Source: Raillietiella orientalis (Eukaryota). Taken from it: 64,000 bases of DNA. The notes under the pieces were generated by a model that searched no databases, was not told the DNA's origin, and saw only the letters and a list, made by a program, of their open reading frames with translations. Numbering within the stretch: the stretch's first letter is position 1; each line of letters starts with the position of its first letter. Both the position numbers and the translations under genes were made by a program. Below, in pieces: positions 22,701 to 37,400 of the stretch. The stretch spans positions 4,774,001-4,838,000 of the forward strand of contig JAYWIR010000005.1 of the NCBI GenBank assembly GCA_036172245.1, read 5' to 3'.

Positions 22701-23939
22701 AAAGTGGTGGGATGATGCGGTTTGCGGGGTTGCAGGGTCACATGAAAATCGTGGGACCACATTCGAAACAAACTCGTTTCACCTCTGCGCGGTGGTCGTT
22801 GACCTTTCCCAACCAAACAGGAATACCTAATCATCCAGTTACCTTACTAAGTTTTTAGCAGCAGCATTCGCCTCGTCGTGTCCATGACTTGGCAACGGGA
22901 GGGAAAATCATCTTGTCTCCGCGCTCGCATCACGCCAAAGGTAATCTGAAAGAATCTTATCACGAGTGCGTTATTCGCAGATGGCTAGGCGTGCCGCTGA
23001 CGTCTCCGCTGCCAAGCTGCTCGTCCCGTCGGAAGCAGCGAGACCCGGGAATGCGGTTTTCGCGCTTGCGGGAGCGAAAAGGAAAACCCGGTGCGGCAGG
23101 AAGGGGGAGAAGGAAACCGGTTGGTTCTGGGAACCAGTTCTACCTGCCAGCTGACACACGCCCGGGAGCGAGTCGGGAATGGCATCCGTTTTGGGTTCTC
23201 CGTGGCGTCCTCTTTGGAAATTCCGCCGGCTGCGGCGCTACGGAGAAGCTCCGCGGCGTCGCGAAGGAACCGGAAGAGCTTCTCGTTGGGAGAAGCAGTC
23301 TCCGGCGGTGGGGGGCCGGTTTCGGACGGCGTCCAGCAGCAACGAGCCGTAGGATCCGCACATCCGAAGAGTAGAGCAGCCTTTCTCAAAGAGGGCGCGA
23401 ACGGCGGAGCACGCAGCCCTCCCCGGTGGGGGGTCACCTCACGAAAATTTAGCAGTCGCCGAGTGGGTCAGCCCGCCGCTCGGTAGTGGGGAGGAGGAGA
23501 CACGCTCACGGAGTGCTTTGTGCACGGGTCTTTGGCAAGCGCAAGTGTCACGAGTCTGGATCGGGAGGCGCACCCGGAAACAAAATCCTAGGAAGGTCAC
23601 GTAGGTGGAAGTGGCCGGTCCCCAAGAGAAGATGGGGAAGGATTCAGGGGTTCTCATGACAGACGGAATTGCGGGGAACGTGAAGGCGTCGCTAAAGAGT
23701 TCCCGGTTGGAAGGCGATGCTGAACGGAGGGAAGAATTGGGAGGAGAGTCCGGAAGGGCAACGTGGTATGGAAGGGGAGGGCCGCGTCTCAGCTCAGCCC
23801 TCCATGCAGTCTCCCCTCGCGTTCTGACCCATTCGCCCATGCTGTTCGTCACTTCGTGAGTCCCAAACCACCACAGATGGGCGGTTCCCGGCTTTGCTTC
23901 CCTCTGTGAGACCCCTTCAAAGGGATTGCAGATTTTACT

Positions 23940-24900
23940 GTGCTGCAAAGGGATAGAGGTGATGTCTTTCGCTACAGGAAATTCGCGCCCTCTCCCGTGC
24001 TTCTTCTGAGAGTGCTGACAATGTGCGAAACGCACGCACCAACGTACGACACACGTGCGCTCGCGGGCCACTTAGCGCTGGTACTCGAGTGTACGCCAGC
24101 TGCTATGGGAGGAGGCGCTTGCTGTGGTTACCAGTCGAGTTCGGACTTCACCTCATCCTGTAGAGGTTTTCCATTTGCCTCCCTTGACCTGCTTCCTTTT
24201 CCGACCGCTAGATCGATGGAGCACTGCATCCAAGTGTTGCCTTTCTTTCTCCCTTCCCAGAGCGTGCCGGAACTTGTTTTTGATATTTTCCCATCCTCAC
24301 GGTTCTCGTGTCTTTTCCAGGAGTTTCCTCGAAGTCGTCCCATGAGCATCTCTCATCGTGGGCTCAGTCTCCCCCACCTCGCCCGCCTCGTTGCCCGAAG
24401 CAAACCGAAAGGGAGAGAAACCGCGACTCCAGGAATCCAGCAGCTCGTCTTGACTTCGACATTCGCCTGTGCCAGCTGGTGCCGTCTCCACCTCAGCCAG
24501 GAAACCTCTTCCTGGCGAGCCGGTGCATTCCTTTGTCTCGATCGTACACCGAAGTCGACCTTGATATATCCTACCCCGTTTCCACAATTACGGACGCTTC
24601 CTCTCCAGAATCGAGTGACGTGCTGGTGGCCTCGTCAGTTCCGCGTGGAGTGCAAATCGATCAAAGGGGGAGGAGGGAAGAAGCAGGTGACCTTTCTTCG
24701 GGCCAGTGGTCTCTGTTTCTCCTCAGGGGCACTCCGCGGGCACTCCTTCCGCGTTTCTCAAACGCTCGCATCAAAAGTCCCCAACAGCCTCCCGCGATCC
24801 ACTCTTGAGCCTCCCCCTGCCTTTCCGACCCCGATAGTCAATCTGATCGAAGAAGATGGCGACTCTCCCGACTAATCATCGGATCAATGGACATTTAGTA
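23940..24900 (+). mobile_element. Possible decayed retroelement ORF1/gag-like region
   Basis: 311-codon frame ending in a degenerate zinc-knuckle-like GLCFSSGALRGHSFRV followed by a proline-rich tail. Confidence 0.3.
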
Positions 24901-27840
24901 GGAACTAAAGAGCTCTCTGAGCGCCCCGTGCTCCCTTCCAGGTTTACAGATAGCAGATTTTGGTCCATGTTTGAGGGAATTCCACTAACAGTGCTTCCCA
25001 TGCTGCCCAACAATCATGCCCGTGCGGAAGATGCTGCGTGGTGCTAATCAACGCTGCAGCTGCCTTGACACCTCAACTGGAAAAAAAAAAAGTCATCTCT
25101 ACTCATGATGGCTGCAGACAGGGGAACACTGTCTTTAGGAAGCGTTCAGAGATTTCAATCCAAAGGGGATGATGCACGCGGAGGCGCGAGGGTTCATCTT
25201 CCGGTTGCTGACTCTGGAATTCACCCAAGGACAGCAGGATACTAATGCCACGATCAAAAGACTAGTGTTACATGATAACACCGCGCTATCTTCATAACAG
25301 GATCAAATCGCTGATTGCTAAATGCTGGCAGCAAAATCCCTGGTACGCAAGATGCAGGAGAGATTTCCACGGTTTCCGCAGCCTCGCTCTTCCAGCAGTG
25401 GCTGTTCGCAACGCGGAAACCCGTCGGATGGTTCGCTATTAAAAGCACCTCCTGGATGAGCGCGAGACGCGTCAGCTTCCCTTCTGGGAACTCGGGAATG
25501 CCGGCGGTCGCTTGAAACGTCTTGAGGGATCGCTCCAGTCCGGCAAGTCGGACACCTGAAGGTGCTCGCGCTTTCAACTCTGCTCCCGTCGCTGCGAGGG
25601 TTCTTAGCATGACATGCGGGGTGGCTGGGTGGGAGTGGATACGTGAAAGCACTAAAACAACACACACACAAAAAAAAAACAAAAAAGCATGTGAAAATGG
25701 AGCATGTGAAGTGAAAAGTATGCGAAGATTTTGGATAGACTGCTGCTGGTGGGAAGCTGGATCTGCAATCAAATAAGCGGTACGAAGGACGTGAAAAGCG
25801 TTGACACGGACTTCCATCTTTGGTTGTGGCTACGCGGAAACTCGCGTCAGCAAAAAGCAAAGAGAACAATCGCAGCGGAGTGCGTGGGCGGAAAGAACGT
25901 TCCAGTTCAATGCCTGAGAAGAATTCCCTGGTAGTAATGGGAAGCTGGCTGTAGCTCGGGGTGAGCTGCTTGTGAGTAGGAACGACAAGAGCGCGCTCGT
26001 CTGGCAGAAGAAATGAGATCGGAATATCCCCACGGAGAGCTCGGGAAACGTGGAAGCCCCGAGGCTTCGTCGTCCGATGTACAGGACCGATGCGTGTATT
26101 CTCCCTCAGAACCAGGATTGCGCGGAACGGAGACTGCTGATTGGTACACAAGCCGCACAAACCCAAAAGCCAAGGAACCCATGCGGGAGTGAATGAACGC
26201 TTGTGGAGGTGTCTGGAGGAACAGCGGGTTCGTCTGGCCGAGGATTCGAAATTCTCTGGCTACCGTATCAGCAGCTGGAAAGAGACATCCGAGAAACGAG
26301 ACGCCGCAGCCTATGGAATGCTGCATGGTTTAGCATACAGAGGACAAAGTGGCACACATCGTGCGCTGCGGCGAGATATGCGGGAGGCTGCGTGTGCCAG
26401 TCGCCAAACCCCGCGAGAGCACTGTGAACGTGCTGCGACACTTTCGAAGCGGGGAAAGATGATCCCTCCCGTTGGGAAGGGTTTCGCGAATCCCTGCGTG
26501 GCCCTCCGGCACTCCGTCCAGCGGGAATCAGGAGTCCTTCCCGAAGATGCGAATGTCGAAAGGAAAACGCCAAGAGTGAGCTGATTGGGCAGCGAAAGAA
26601 ATGCCTCTGCGCTCCTCTCTGCCACACGCTGGAGACTGCCTGTCATTGAAATTCGTGGAACCTCGCGTACCACACAAAATGAATACCCTTGAAAAACGCG
26701 ATATTTATAGTCTATTCGTGCGCCTCCTCCCTGATTTGAGTCGCAAAAACATTCCAGCATCATTGCACATTCTACTAGGGGCTTGCGACACAGGAATGTT
26801 CCCTCGGTTGCCGTTGTTTGCTCTCTTCCTGCAGCCTCAGAAGCTCCAAGACAACATTCCCGAAGGCGGAAGTCAATATTTTGAAACAGATTCACCCGGC
26901 AAGCTAGGAAAATAGCTAGGAGGCGTTTCACGAGCCACCGCTCGAAAACTACCAAGAGGAACACCTGCTCCGCAGCGAAACCAAGCCGGTCCTGATCACA
27001 CGGGGCGAGCCGCGCTTTCGGGGGGATCCGATCCCTCATCCCCCACATTTTACCATCATCGGCATTGCTATCACTGCGTTCTGCGCGGTCATGAATCCAG
27101 TCGTATACGACGCGAAAGCACGCAGTAGATCGATCGCAGTACCATCATCACCAGATACCAAGATCCATAGCGAGAACCAGAATGCACTTCCCGACTTCTA
27201 AATTTCTCCTTAGGGCTGCCAGGCACATCCACACGAACGCCAGAAACGTATTTCGTAAATCATCTTGATCGGTGGAAGCCACAGCTTGCGACACAAAAGC
27301 AAGATTTTATCGAGCAGCGAAGAATTCCAGAGTCATGCAGTGCGTCGGAGGAAGGGAGGAGGGGGGGGGCTGCCATGGCCACGAAAGAGCAGCTTAAGAT
27401 TAAACGCATGGAACAGCGAAAAACAAACAGGTTTGTAACCAGAGACTCAGCTTTCCCGGGGGAGTTTTGCTCTTTGGTACCTGCATGGCACTCCCCGGCA
27501 CCGCGCGGGTCGCCACGGTGAGAAAACGCCGGGACTCTGCCGCTGCGACCGAAGGGAACACGCAGGAGCTGTCAAGAGAGGAAACGCCGCGATCTTCCCT
27601 CGGTCGAATGCTGCAGGAAGAGCAGAATATTTCGCGGGCAGAGCGAGGTCTTTCAGAGTGGAGCAGAGTGGAGAGATCTGGGGCAGCGAGAGATGAACTC
27701 GCTCTGCAACAGCCACCAAAGAACGAACGCTGCATCGAAGAGTACGCACTTTTACCGCGTGGGATTCCGGCTTCCCTACAGGTCTCGATCAACGTCTGTT
27801 CCCAGTCTAGAGTGACTGCAAGAACACGTGTTCCATGGAA

Positions 27841-28451
27841 GAGCTATGCGGACTTAGGGAGCATTACGAGTAGAGATGCCCAGGACTCCACTCGGGCGAT
27901 GCTAATGACATAGCAGGGTGTTATTTTTTCTCTCCCCAGTTTGTTTCCAAGGAACTCAGTGGTTTTCCTCAGCATCCTCCGTTTCTGGCTTGTATGATGC
28001 GGCTCTTCTCGGGTTCTCAGCCCCAGCTTGATTGATTTCGACTCTTTTTCCACTCGAGTGTTTCTGAACCACGGCCGCTGGTCGTGATGTGTCAGCCAGG
28101 GATCCGTGGGAGAACAGCATCGTGTCTTGGATTTCTTCACAGAGAAAAGTGTGCCTCTTTGGTTTCTGAGAATGACGCCCTCCTACTATGTCTTCCGGAT
28201 GCTGCTCAGATGCTCTCGTTCGAGAAATCACATCATGTCTTGGAAATCTCCCTTCAGGGACTTTGATGTCTTTGATCTTCCAGATCGATGAAACAATAGC
28301 TTTCTTTCTTGCCTTTTCTTTCTTCTTGGATGCTGAGGAAGACCACTGAGTTCCTTAGAGAAAAAAAATAGCACCTCGCTATGCCATTAGCAACGCCCGA
28401 GTGGCGTCCTGGGAATCTCTACTCGTAATGCTCCCTAAGTCCGCATAGCTC
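27841..28451. mobile_element. Non-autonomous TIR element (MITE-like), 611 bp
   Basis: Terminal inverted repeats GAGCTATGCGGACTTAGGGAGCATTACGAGTAGAGAT..., first 37 nt perfect, imperfect pairing continuing over 27841-27977 vs 28328-28451; no recognisable transposase; no TSD visible. Confidence 0.8.
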
Positions 28452-31400
28452 ATCAAACCAATTTTCTACAATTTGTATTTAAATCCCTACTCACTCTGTT
28501 CTCTTCCATTTTCTTCCTCTCTTCCCCACAATCATGTGCTGGAGCTTCACGAACTTTTTCAAGGAAAACTTTGGAAACCGTCTCGTTCTCAGTCACGAAT
28601 CTCTTCTAGAAAACTCCCCATTCCTTTTAGTTTTCATGTCTTTTCCTCCACTACTTGTTCATCCTGGATGGTGACCCAAGGTCTGTCTCCAATAAACGTT
28701 CAGGCTATGCTGGATGTTGGCCTAGCACCACTCTTTTTTTCATGTTACCTGCTAGCCTGTGGAGCACTTCGTCGTCCCAAGCCTACAACTGCTCTTAGCA
28801 CATCCAGTGCTCTTCTTCGTCGAAAAGAAAGGACAGTTTCCTGTCCTTTTTTAGGTTGCACTTGTAATGGCCGACGACGCCGAGCACAGTGACTCGACTT
28901 TCGTTCGGGAACGTTAGGTACGGCCGGAGTTTCAAACCATCTCCCGGGATCGGTTAGCTTGAGTCGATCTGCTCCCATTTCAGCAATCCTCATGATGGAA
29001 TGATCCGTCGTGAGGACTGCTATCTGTCCATAAGGTTTCGATGACCTATCACATTCATCTCACACACTGAAGTTATCAAGACAGTGGCTTCTCCTCATCT
29101 ACACATTTTCTTTGTTCTTTAAGCTGGAATCTTCATCTCGAAAGTGAGATACGGCTCTCTCATGCTTCAAACGTTTGTGCAGACGATCAGGAAAAAAATT
29201 GCTGCTCTTTCCATGGGCTTTTTGGCCTTCGGAATCATGGTTTAGGGATGCAGTTCCTTTGCCTGTTAGCATCTTCTCCCCAGCTCAACCAGCTGAAGTG
29301 AAGAACAAGTAAAATTCTAATGGTCACAGACAGATGCAAAAAGAGCGTTGTGAGGAGCGCTCAATAAAGAATGCATCACAGAGTCTCACCATGATCAAGA
29401 TGATGGTCCGGACCATCATGAAATACAAGAATACAGCCCAATACAAGAATACAAGAAATTCGATTTCTTTCGGGCCGGCTTTTGCACACAAAATTTTCTC
29501 CTGGGCTGCTTTGGTTTTCGAGTTGTTTGCGGAAGCAGCGATGCTGTCCGGGATCTCTTACAGCAGCGACCATGGACTTTCACGCCTGAGTCAGCCTCCA
29601 AGAGGAAACTCCAAAGTGAGTGGAAGCAACAAGACGAACGGAAGGGAACGAATCAGAGCATCGCAGAAGCGTGAAGTTTTTCGATGCTGCACCGAAAGTC
29701 CCTTGTCCTGAAACCACGTGATCCGATGATTCTGCAATCAGGGACTTCTAGATTTCTACCCTGTTATGAATGAATAATGAAATGAAAATGCGAGTGCAAG
29801 AGATACTAAAATGTTCTGCTGGAGGAGCTGCTGTGTTTGCTTTTATTTGTATTTCATTGGCGAGCATTTCGCAGAACGAAAGGAAGCGTTGACTTGGAGC
29901 TGGAGAGATCTGGACCCGTTCTTCTGGCCCGCAAGCCAAGTCCAAAATGGCACGTGTGTACCCTCCTCATTGCATCCAGGTGGATGCACGCGCATTTCCC
30001 CTTGGAGTCTGAAGCCAGCAATTCCAAAAGCTACCAATTTGCCTGCCTATGCGGCATGAAATGGTTGGTGTTCGAAATGCTCTCCGATACCAACAAAATT
30101 GGCATAACCAGGGTTACGAAGTTTTAATGTCAAGTGCTCGCTCCGTGGTTTTTCCTCCATCACTGTGCTGTCGAAATGCTGTCCGTGATGCGTGTTCTGA
30201 ACCCTTGGTGTCTTTGTTTAAGATCAGCCGCCAACTCAAATCGGGTTTCACTTGATATTCCTCGAACCTTCATCCTGCTACCATTCGCGATTCGAAACCC
30301 CGTCTTCTCACTTATTACTGTTTTCCTGATGTCGAACACTGAACTCGCGGCTTCTCTACCTACCTACCTCTATACCTTTCCTGCTTAACCTCTTGATTAC
30401 TGGCTCCTTTATCTTCCTTTCTTCCATTTCAACACTAATTTTACAATCAGTCATGGATTACATGGCACGTTATGTGTATCCTATTGGTCCATTGTTCAAA
30501 AGTCAAGCACCTGAAGTCTATTTAATCTTGATGGCAAGATTCTGTTCCAAATGTTAAGATGGAGGAATTGAAGAAAGTACGCTGGAAAGATCACCTCATC
30601 AGCAAAAACCGAGAGCATGCTCCAGTCGAATGGATTTGCAGCGCTCGTAGATTCAATGCTTCTTGGGCTGCCCACCCGTTTCCATTAAAAGGCTGGGAAA
30701 GCATAATGGCCCTCACTGTGTTCTTCACCATAAGACTTTTGATTATAAACTTCTCCGATGCTTTCTGTGAGAAGAAGAAAAAAAAAAAAAATTGGAGGTC
30801 GAAATCCAGAATTGCCACTAAAAAAAAATTCCCTGAGATAAAAAATTGTTCGAATCATCTGGGATTGCATGTACCATAGCTTTGATGTTGCAAAACATCC
30901 TTACTCCTTCTTCATTTCTCTCCTCGGGGACACTTTTTCCTTGCTAAAGTAAATGTCGCTCATCATCACAGAGGCGAGACTTTGCGTTAGAACAGAGCTG
31001 TTGCCAGATCTGAAACCTCCCCAAAATTAGTCATACGAAAGTCAGGACGTGGGAGACTCTCATTTCCGAATTCGCAAGGCAGAAATCTTTAGCAGTGCTT
31101 GAAAGCGTCGTGATCTAATAAAAGAAATGATTTGAGTTGCAACGCTTTCTGGTTAAGAGTTCGCTTCAATGCTTTGCGGCTGACGGGAAAGGGGACCAGA
31201 AGACGTGGAGCACCAACCTCGTAGGCAGACTCTCGTCCATGGAGGATTCGGCGCCTCCAGCAAACTCTGGGAAGCAGGAGTGAGGTCCCGGTGCAAAGAT
31301 CTGAATTTCCTGTCGTGATGACGTCTCATTGGATTCGCAGGAATGCCACCTAATCCATTTGCAGGAATTGCTTAATGTGTGGTATGAGAATTCTCCTTCG

Positions 31401-34400
31401 GACCCTTGATGCTGACCACAGCTTCCTGTAAGCGTGCCCACCTCTCGAGGGTAGCATGCATCCCAGATCATCTAGGATGCAAGAACTTTTAGAAAGATTT
31501 CTCTGTAGCTCGGAACCTTTCCCTAGGTCACCCTGAACAGATGGTGCGCTTTTATTAGTTCGTCCCGGACCACCCTTTCACCAGGAGCGAGTTCTGACCG
31601 CTACAAGTGGGTTCTTCTGACTTCGCGGGTCCCGTGGCTGCAAAAAAGTAAAGCGGCGCGTTCACCGCCACAAACGCTCGAGACTCGGAAATTTCTCGTG
31701 AAGGGATTTTAAAGTGACCTCTGTGCTGCATCCTCTCCCTTCCGAAACAAAACGCTCGCGCGGATCGGAGGCGATGAGCGAAAAGGTTTGCGATACAGGT
31801 TTGGTGCAGACCTACTTTTGCCAATCAAAATCTCTGCACCCTCTCTTCCTCTTCTCGTTCGCGGCGATAAATCTCCAAGCGTACTTGTTCGAAGGATTCC
31901 AAATGCCAAGTGGTGCGTGAAGAAACGCCTCCGGAAACAAGGAAGCGGGAACTCTGCGATGGAAACTTTCAAGAGGAAACGGATGTTCGAAAGTCTCTCA
32001 GCGGCAGCCTCGGCTCCTGCAGCCATTCTGGCTTCGCGGACCGGAATCCTCACAAAGTTTCTCTCTAATCAAATGCACGGAAAAGACAGAAAGTAAAACA
32101 AAGAAGAAGAAGGGAGGAGAAAAAAAAATAAAGAAGCCCAGCGAAAAAAGGTGTGTCCAACATCCTCTCTGAAGATCAACACAGTTTCTAGAGTCTCGGC
32201 GGAAAAGAAGAAGAAAAAAAAAACTGGCGCTGGAATTTCATTCGGATGTTCATTCACAAATTTGATAGCAGTTGATCGAGCTGAAGGTCAAACGTGGAGG
32301 AAAAAATCCTCTACGAGCACAAACGGATAAAAAACGTGTGCACCATCATGAACTCGACTCGGGCTGACGCGCACGAACGAGCAGCTGTGCCACCCATGGT
32401 ACATGCAGGCACGCCACCAGCAAGCTTCTCTGACCACGGGAGAGCGTCCGTCCAAGCGATGCCTCTGAGTATGGGTTCAGGGGAGGGAAAGCGAAACGGA
32501 AAGCATCAACATCTCCGAGATGTCTCTCACGACTCCGAGAGCCAGGGGAGGAGGGCTTTTTGCAGGGAGACCGTGGAAAAGAAGTCGTCCTTTGGGATCC
32601 TAAAAGCTGGTCGCTCTTGGTCGTCGAAATCCATAGCATCAAAAAGAAGGGGAAAAGGGAAGGAAGGAGGACAGAATGCGACTCGTTCTGCGCAGGTGCG
32701 CATACGTAAGCGTCACGTGACCGGAAAGCAGCCAGCAGCCGATCCAGGCTCGAACGAATTTGCAGCAGCCTGCAAGAAGCAGACCGAGGTGCCTCGCAGT
32801 CAGCTCGCAGGGGCAACCAACCCCTGGGACTCGCCTTCCGAAAAATTCACGCACCTCCGATCTGCACGCGAACCCACGGGCCCTACAAAGCATTCCTAAG
32901 GGTTCTCCGACACGCGTGTTTGTCTTTCGGAGGAACCCGGTCCTTTCTGGAGGCTCAGACGAAGTTCCGAACGTCCCGCAGTAAATAAGGGAAGTGAAGC
33001 GGGGGTGAGGCAGCGGCGCCTTTGGATATCCTCCTCTTTCCGTTTTGTTTTTCCTTCGTACCCACCCAACCCTTTCCCTCCCTTTGAGACCTCCATCTGT
33101 CTTAATGGAAACCGGTTACGAGTTCCAGGTTTCGACTGCAAACTTCTGGAAGCTTCGACGCACTTTCCGTTTTTTTGGGGGCCTTTTCATGTTGCAGCGC
33201 CCATGGAAACGGGAAACAAATGTGCACGCGCTTTTGCTCTCCGCCGACCGCACATGCGCAAATCTGGAATCCACGGGAAAGGAAGCCACTTGGGGCGAGT
33301 GGGGAAGGGGGGGGAGGTAGGGGTGCTGATTTTCACGAGCGCCTGACATTCTCGCGAAAGGCGCTGCAGTCCCATCTGTGCCAAGGCGTTTCGCGTCTTT
33401 GTAAACGGGTCCATCCCTCCGCAGTTTCACTTCTGCGACCCCGTGTCAGATCAGAAGTAAATCCCTCGCTGAGGTCACCCCATGCTGCAAGTGGTCGGCA
33501 GCGCATCCTCACCTCTGTTTCGCAATCTCAAGAGCTGTCTTCACCGCTCTCCATTGGTCGTTCCTGAGGGAATTAGACAGATTCCGTTCAGGTACGCAAA
33601 GATCCGTAGGGTGGATTCGCATCAAGACAGCCTTTCCTGAATCATCTCAGACTCGATGCTTTGCTGTAGCTTCTTCAGGACCTCATGTTGGGGAGGTTCT
33701 GGGATAGCCCATGCTTTCTGCTCTTTTTGCGTTTGGGAGTCTCTCGCATGTGTGCCGTAATAAATTCCAAGTCGCAGTGGTTGTTGCAGCTACCGTCGGC
33801 ATGGTTTCATGAGAGAGAAGGGGGAGTCGGTAGGAACTAGGGATGGGCCACACCTCCCTGCCTATCTCACCATGGTTTTTTTTCTGTTCTTTTTTTCTCA
33901 CGCATGCCTGATGTCTACAGAGTTGCCATCGGCGACACGGGCCCATGCTAAAGGGCCAGACCTGTTGTCCTCGGAACCGTGGTAAGGGGACACTTCTCCA
34001 CTTTCACGAAAAATGATGGCCATTCTCACTATTGCTTCTTAACTGGATGCAAGAATGGTTTCCTTCCAGGAAGAAGAGAATCAGTTTTTTGGATGCATCT
34101 TCCGCGCCTCTCCTGGAGGATAAATGAAGACTTCTTTGGTTTCCGGAGGGCACGTGGGGAACAAACAGTGAAGGGGAGGGGGATTTTATCGATTCCCTAA
34201 AAAGCTCTCAATTTTTTTTTGCCACTCGAGGCCTTTCTCCGATTCGGGCCAGAAAAATTCAAGCAGTTCTGGGCCGCAGAGATCTGGAAAAAAAGAAAAA
34301 AAGCTCCTCCTCCTTTGCTGAGGATGTTGGACTGAAGACCTGGTGGCGACGATCGATTTGCTTTCCTTGGGGATTGGGTTGGTGCAGGAAGCCGTTTCTA

Positions 34401-37400
34401 GTTCGGAAGCCAACCAGGAATCCTCTTAGGTCCTTTGAAACCTGGAACCGAGCGTTCTGCTGAACTGACTTTTATGCTTTCTACAAGAATCCCTCAGATG
34501 CTGCCATTGCATAGTTCACTGTGATCGCAGCTTCCTTTTTCGGAGGGCGCAAGCAACACTTGCCTCATCAGTCTTTTCTCGACTGATGTTGAACCCGAAG
34601 CTGTGAAGGCTACTCCTACCCGGCTACATCTCTTGGAAAACCGAATTCCTGGATTCCGAGCAAGTGGGCTCGAACTTCGGCAGTGGACAACCAGTCCGGA
34701 CTACTGGACCCTCCGGAGGAGTCCAGAAAGAAATACGAAGTCGAGCTCCCTACTGCCAGATCGGCCAGGCGGCCTGGACCGCGGCTACGATGCACGATCC
34801 TCCTCTCCGTTCTTTCCACGAAACCAGCGGACTTTCAATGAAGACTGCCCCATTGTGTTTGTAGATTCTTTCTCTCCAAGGTTAGGATGAAAGAGACTCG
34901 GTGGTTCCCTTCAGCCGACGTCGAGAGTTTTCTTTAGTCTTTGGTTGTTTTATCTTATATCCTCAACATAGTACGCAGTGCTCTCATCTGGCACCAGGCT
35001 ACTTCCAGTGATTAGACCAAAGTGTTTCAAGGTCAAGATACCAAAACATCAGCTCCTTTGTTTTCAAGAAGGGCCACGCAAATTTCACTCTTCTGTGTCA
35101 TCTGTCTTTTTGATCGCCCTTGTGCTCAGGAAGCATGTGATGATAGAAGCATGTGATAATTCCTCAGGATAGATGAAAGAAGATGAAAATGTTTAGCAAT
35201 CTCTTGCTAAACATTGTCATCAGAGTAAAAAAAACAAAAAAACAGAAAACCATGTATTTCCGTATGATCGGTACTTTTATTTGCCCTCTCGAATGCGATG
35301 TAGTCAGTGTTAGCACCAAGTCGGGCGTGCCCTTGCCCACAGCTGCCAAGAACTGCAGAAGTAGCCACGTGGATCCGGTCTTCCTGAAAACCTCTATCCC
35401 ACTCTTGGTAAGCATCTGCGGTCGAGCCGGCAAGGATTCAAGCATCCGTGCGACAGCGCCCGTAGAGGGGATGATCTCGAGACTTCGGAGGCTCCTCCTC
35501 TCTTGTCATCTCACTCGAAAAGTCCTCGATCTTTCCGGCGCGGTGGAACAGACCGCCCTGCAGCCAATGCTTTTTTCCAAAGTCAAGTTCCGCTTTGTTT
35601 TCAGAATTGTTGAATTAATCCGCCCCTATTGAAAGATCATTCAAGATCATCTGATTGTCATCACAGGTGATCATCAATCAAACCAGAATGCGCAACGTTC
35701 TGAAAGTATTCAGTTGAAGATGAATTGCTGAATCATAACGGTGTTGACGTCGGTGTCGCTGTTGCATTTTTGCCATTTGTCATTTGTTACTCATCGCTGC
35801 CTGCTCGCCTGGCAACCAGCCGTGGAGGCCACACAGGAATGTGGGACTCCAGCGGTTCGTGGGATGCATTGGTCTGGTTGCATTCTGGAGCATCAGTCAC
35901 AAGCCTGGACATCCCAACGTGTCGAGGGTGATTCGAAAAATCGATCCTGCATATCACGCCGGACTGAAGGAAAGGCAAGGATGCTTGGAAATTCGCCTCC
36001 ACTTCCCAGACTCTGATGCTCTGAATGGTCAATTGGTAGGATCCGGTGGAGACGAATAGTAGCTTCTCGGAAAGGGAAAGGGAATTTCTTCCCTGAAAGT
36101 GTGAAATCGAATTCCTGAAGTAGCATCTAAGGGAAAACATGAAGCGATTAACAGCAGGTATAGGAACCACACGAAAAAAAAAAGACATTCCTTCATCCTG
36201 AAAGAGCGGCTTGGAAGTCAGCAAGTGACTACACTTTGAGGGTGAGTTGCCTTTGATTCTCAGAGAGGAATAGGCAGTAGCAATTCTACAAGAAGAGGAA
36301 GATTCTTAAGAAAAAAACAAGAAAGGAGTAAGTAGTGAAGGGCATCCCTTGAAATGCCCGTCAAGCGAGCAGCGATGTGGTTGGATGAAGAGAAAGAGAA
36401 AGGTGTATTCAACTGCCTTGCTTAAAAAGATTGGGAACTCATCTTGGGCGGAACAGCTACCAACCGCTGAAAGCTTGCTCTTTCTATATCCACTGCTTTG
36501 CCTGCGGATCTTCGCATGTTTTTTTTCCATCACTGGAATGGAACCATCATGTTTTATTTTATCGTCCAGTGTTCTTTTGGAATGTGCAGAGTGTGTTTTC
36601 ATCTTTTTTTCCTTCAAACTGATTTCGAGCATTCAAGTAACCCCTCATGGAGCCATCTGGATGTTTTAGACAGCTTCCAGTATGGCAGATTGTTTTAAAT
36701 AGAGAATCTGTTCCAATGTTGCGACTTTCAAGATTCCTTTTCATGCAATCATAAGCAGTTCGGCTTGTTTCCAGGAATATTTGCATCCATCCAGCTTCGG
36801 ACTACAAAGATGTAGCTGGCAGTTAATTAGGTGTTGGCAACCATTTCGATCCGAATACCTACGAATAAGCTTTTCTCATGATGAATTATCATGAAACCAG
36901 ATAAACTGATCCTGACCGGGAGAGCTAAAAAAATCCCTTTCTGAGACTGCAGAGAAATCCCAGAGGAATCACTCCGTCGCATACACCGAAGGGTGCTTCA
37001 AGGCTCTGCAAGTCTTTCTACATTCAGATACCCATTTCTAGGTCCGCCAAATGTACCTGGATCTGAGATACGGAGGAATGACACGGCTGTGTAAGACCAA
37101 CAGAGCAGATGACAGAGTGAGAATCCCATCAGCTCAGAGAGTACGACCTTGGCAACTGAAAGACATTCTTCAAGAACGAGGATCAGATTAATAAAAAGGG
37201 AAGAACATGCACCGTGAAACGTACGGTAGTGCAAGCACATTATTTGAACCGCTTGTTCCTTTGTCTTCCTTGCTCTTATTTTTCGTAAAGGTCATCCTTC
37301 TGTCTTGTCCCTCTTTCTTTAGATGACTCCTATTTATGCAGGACTGTCAAGCTCAGGCTGAGGGAATATAAACAGGTAAAATTTCCCCACTCCTAGTTCG

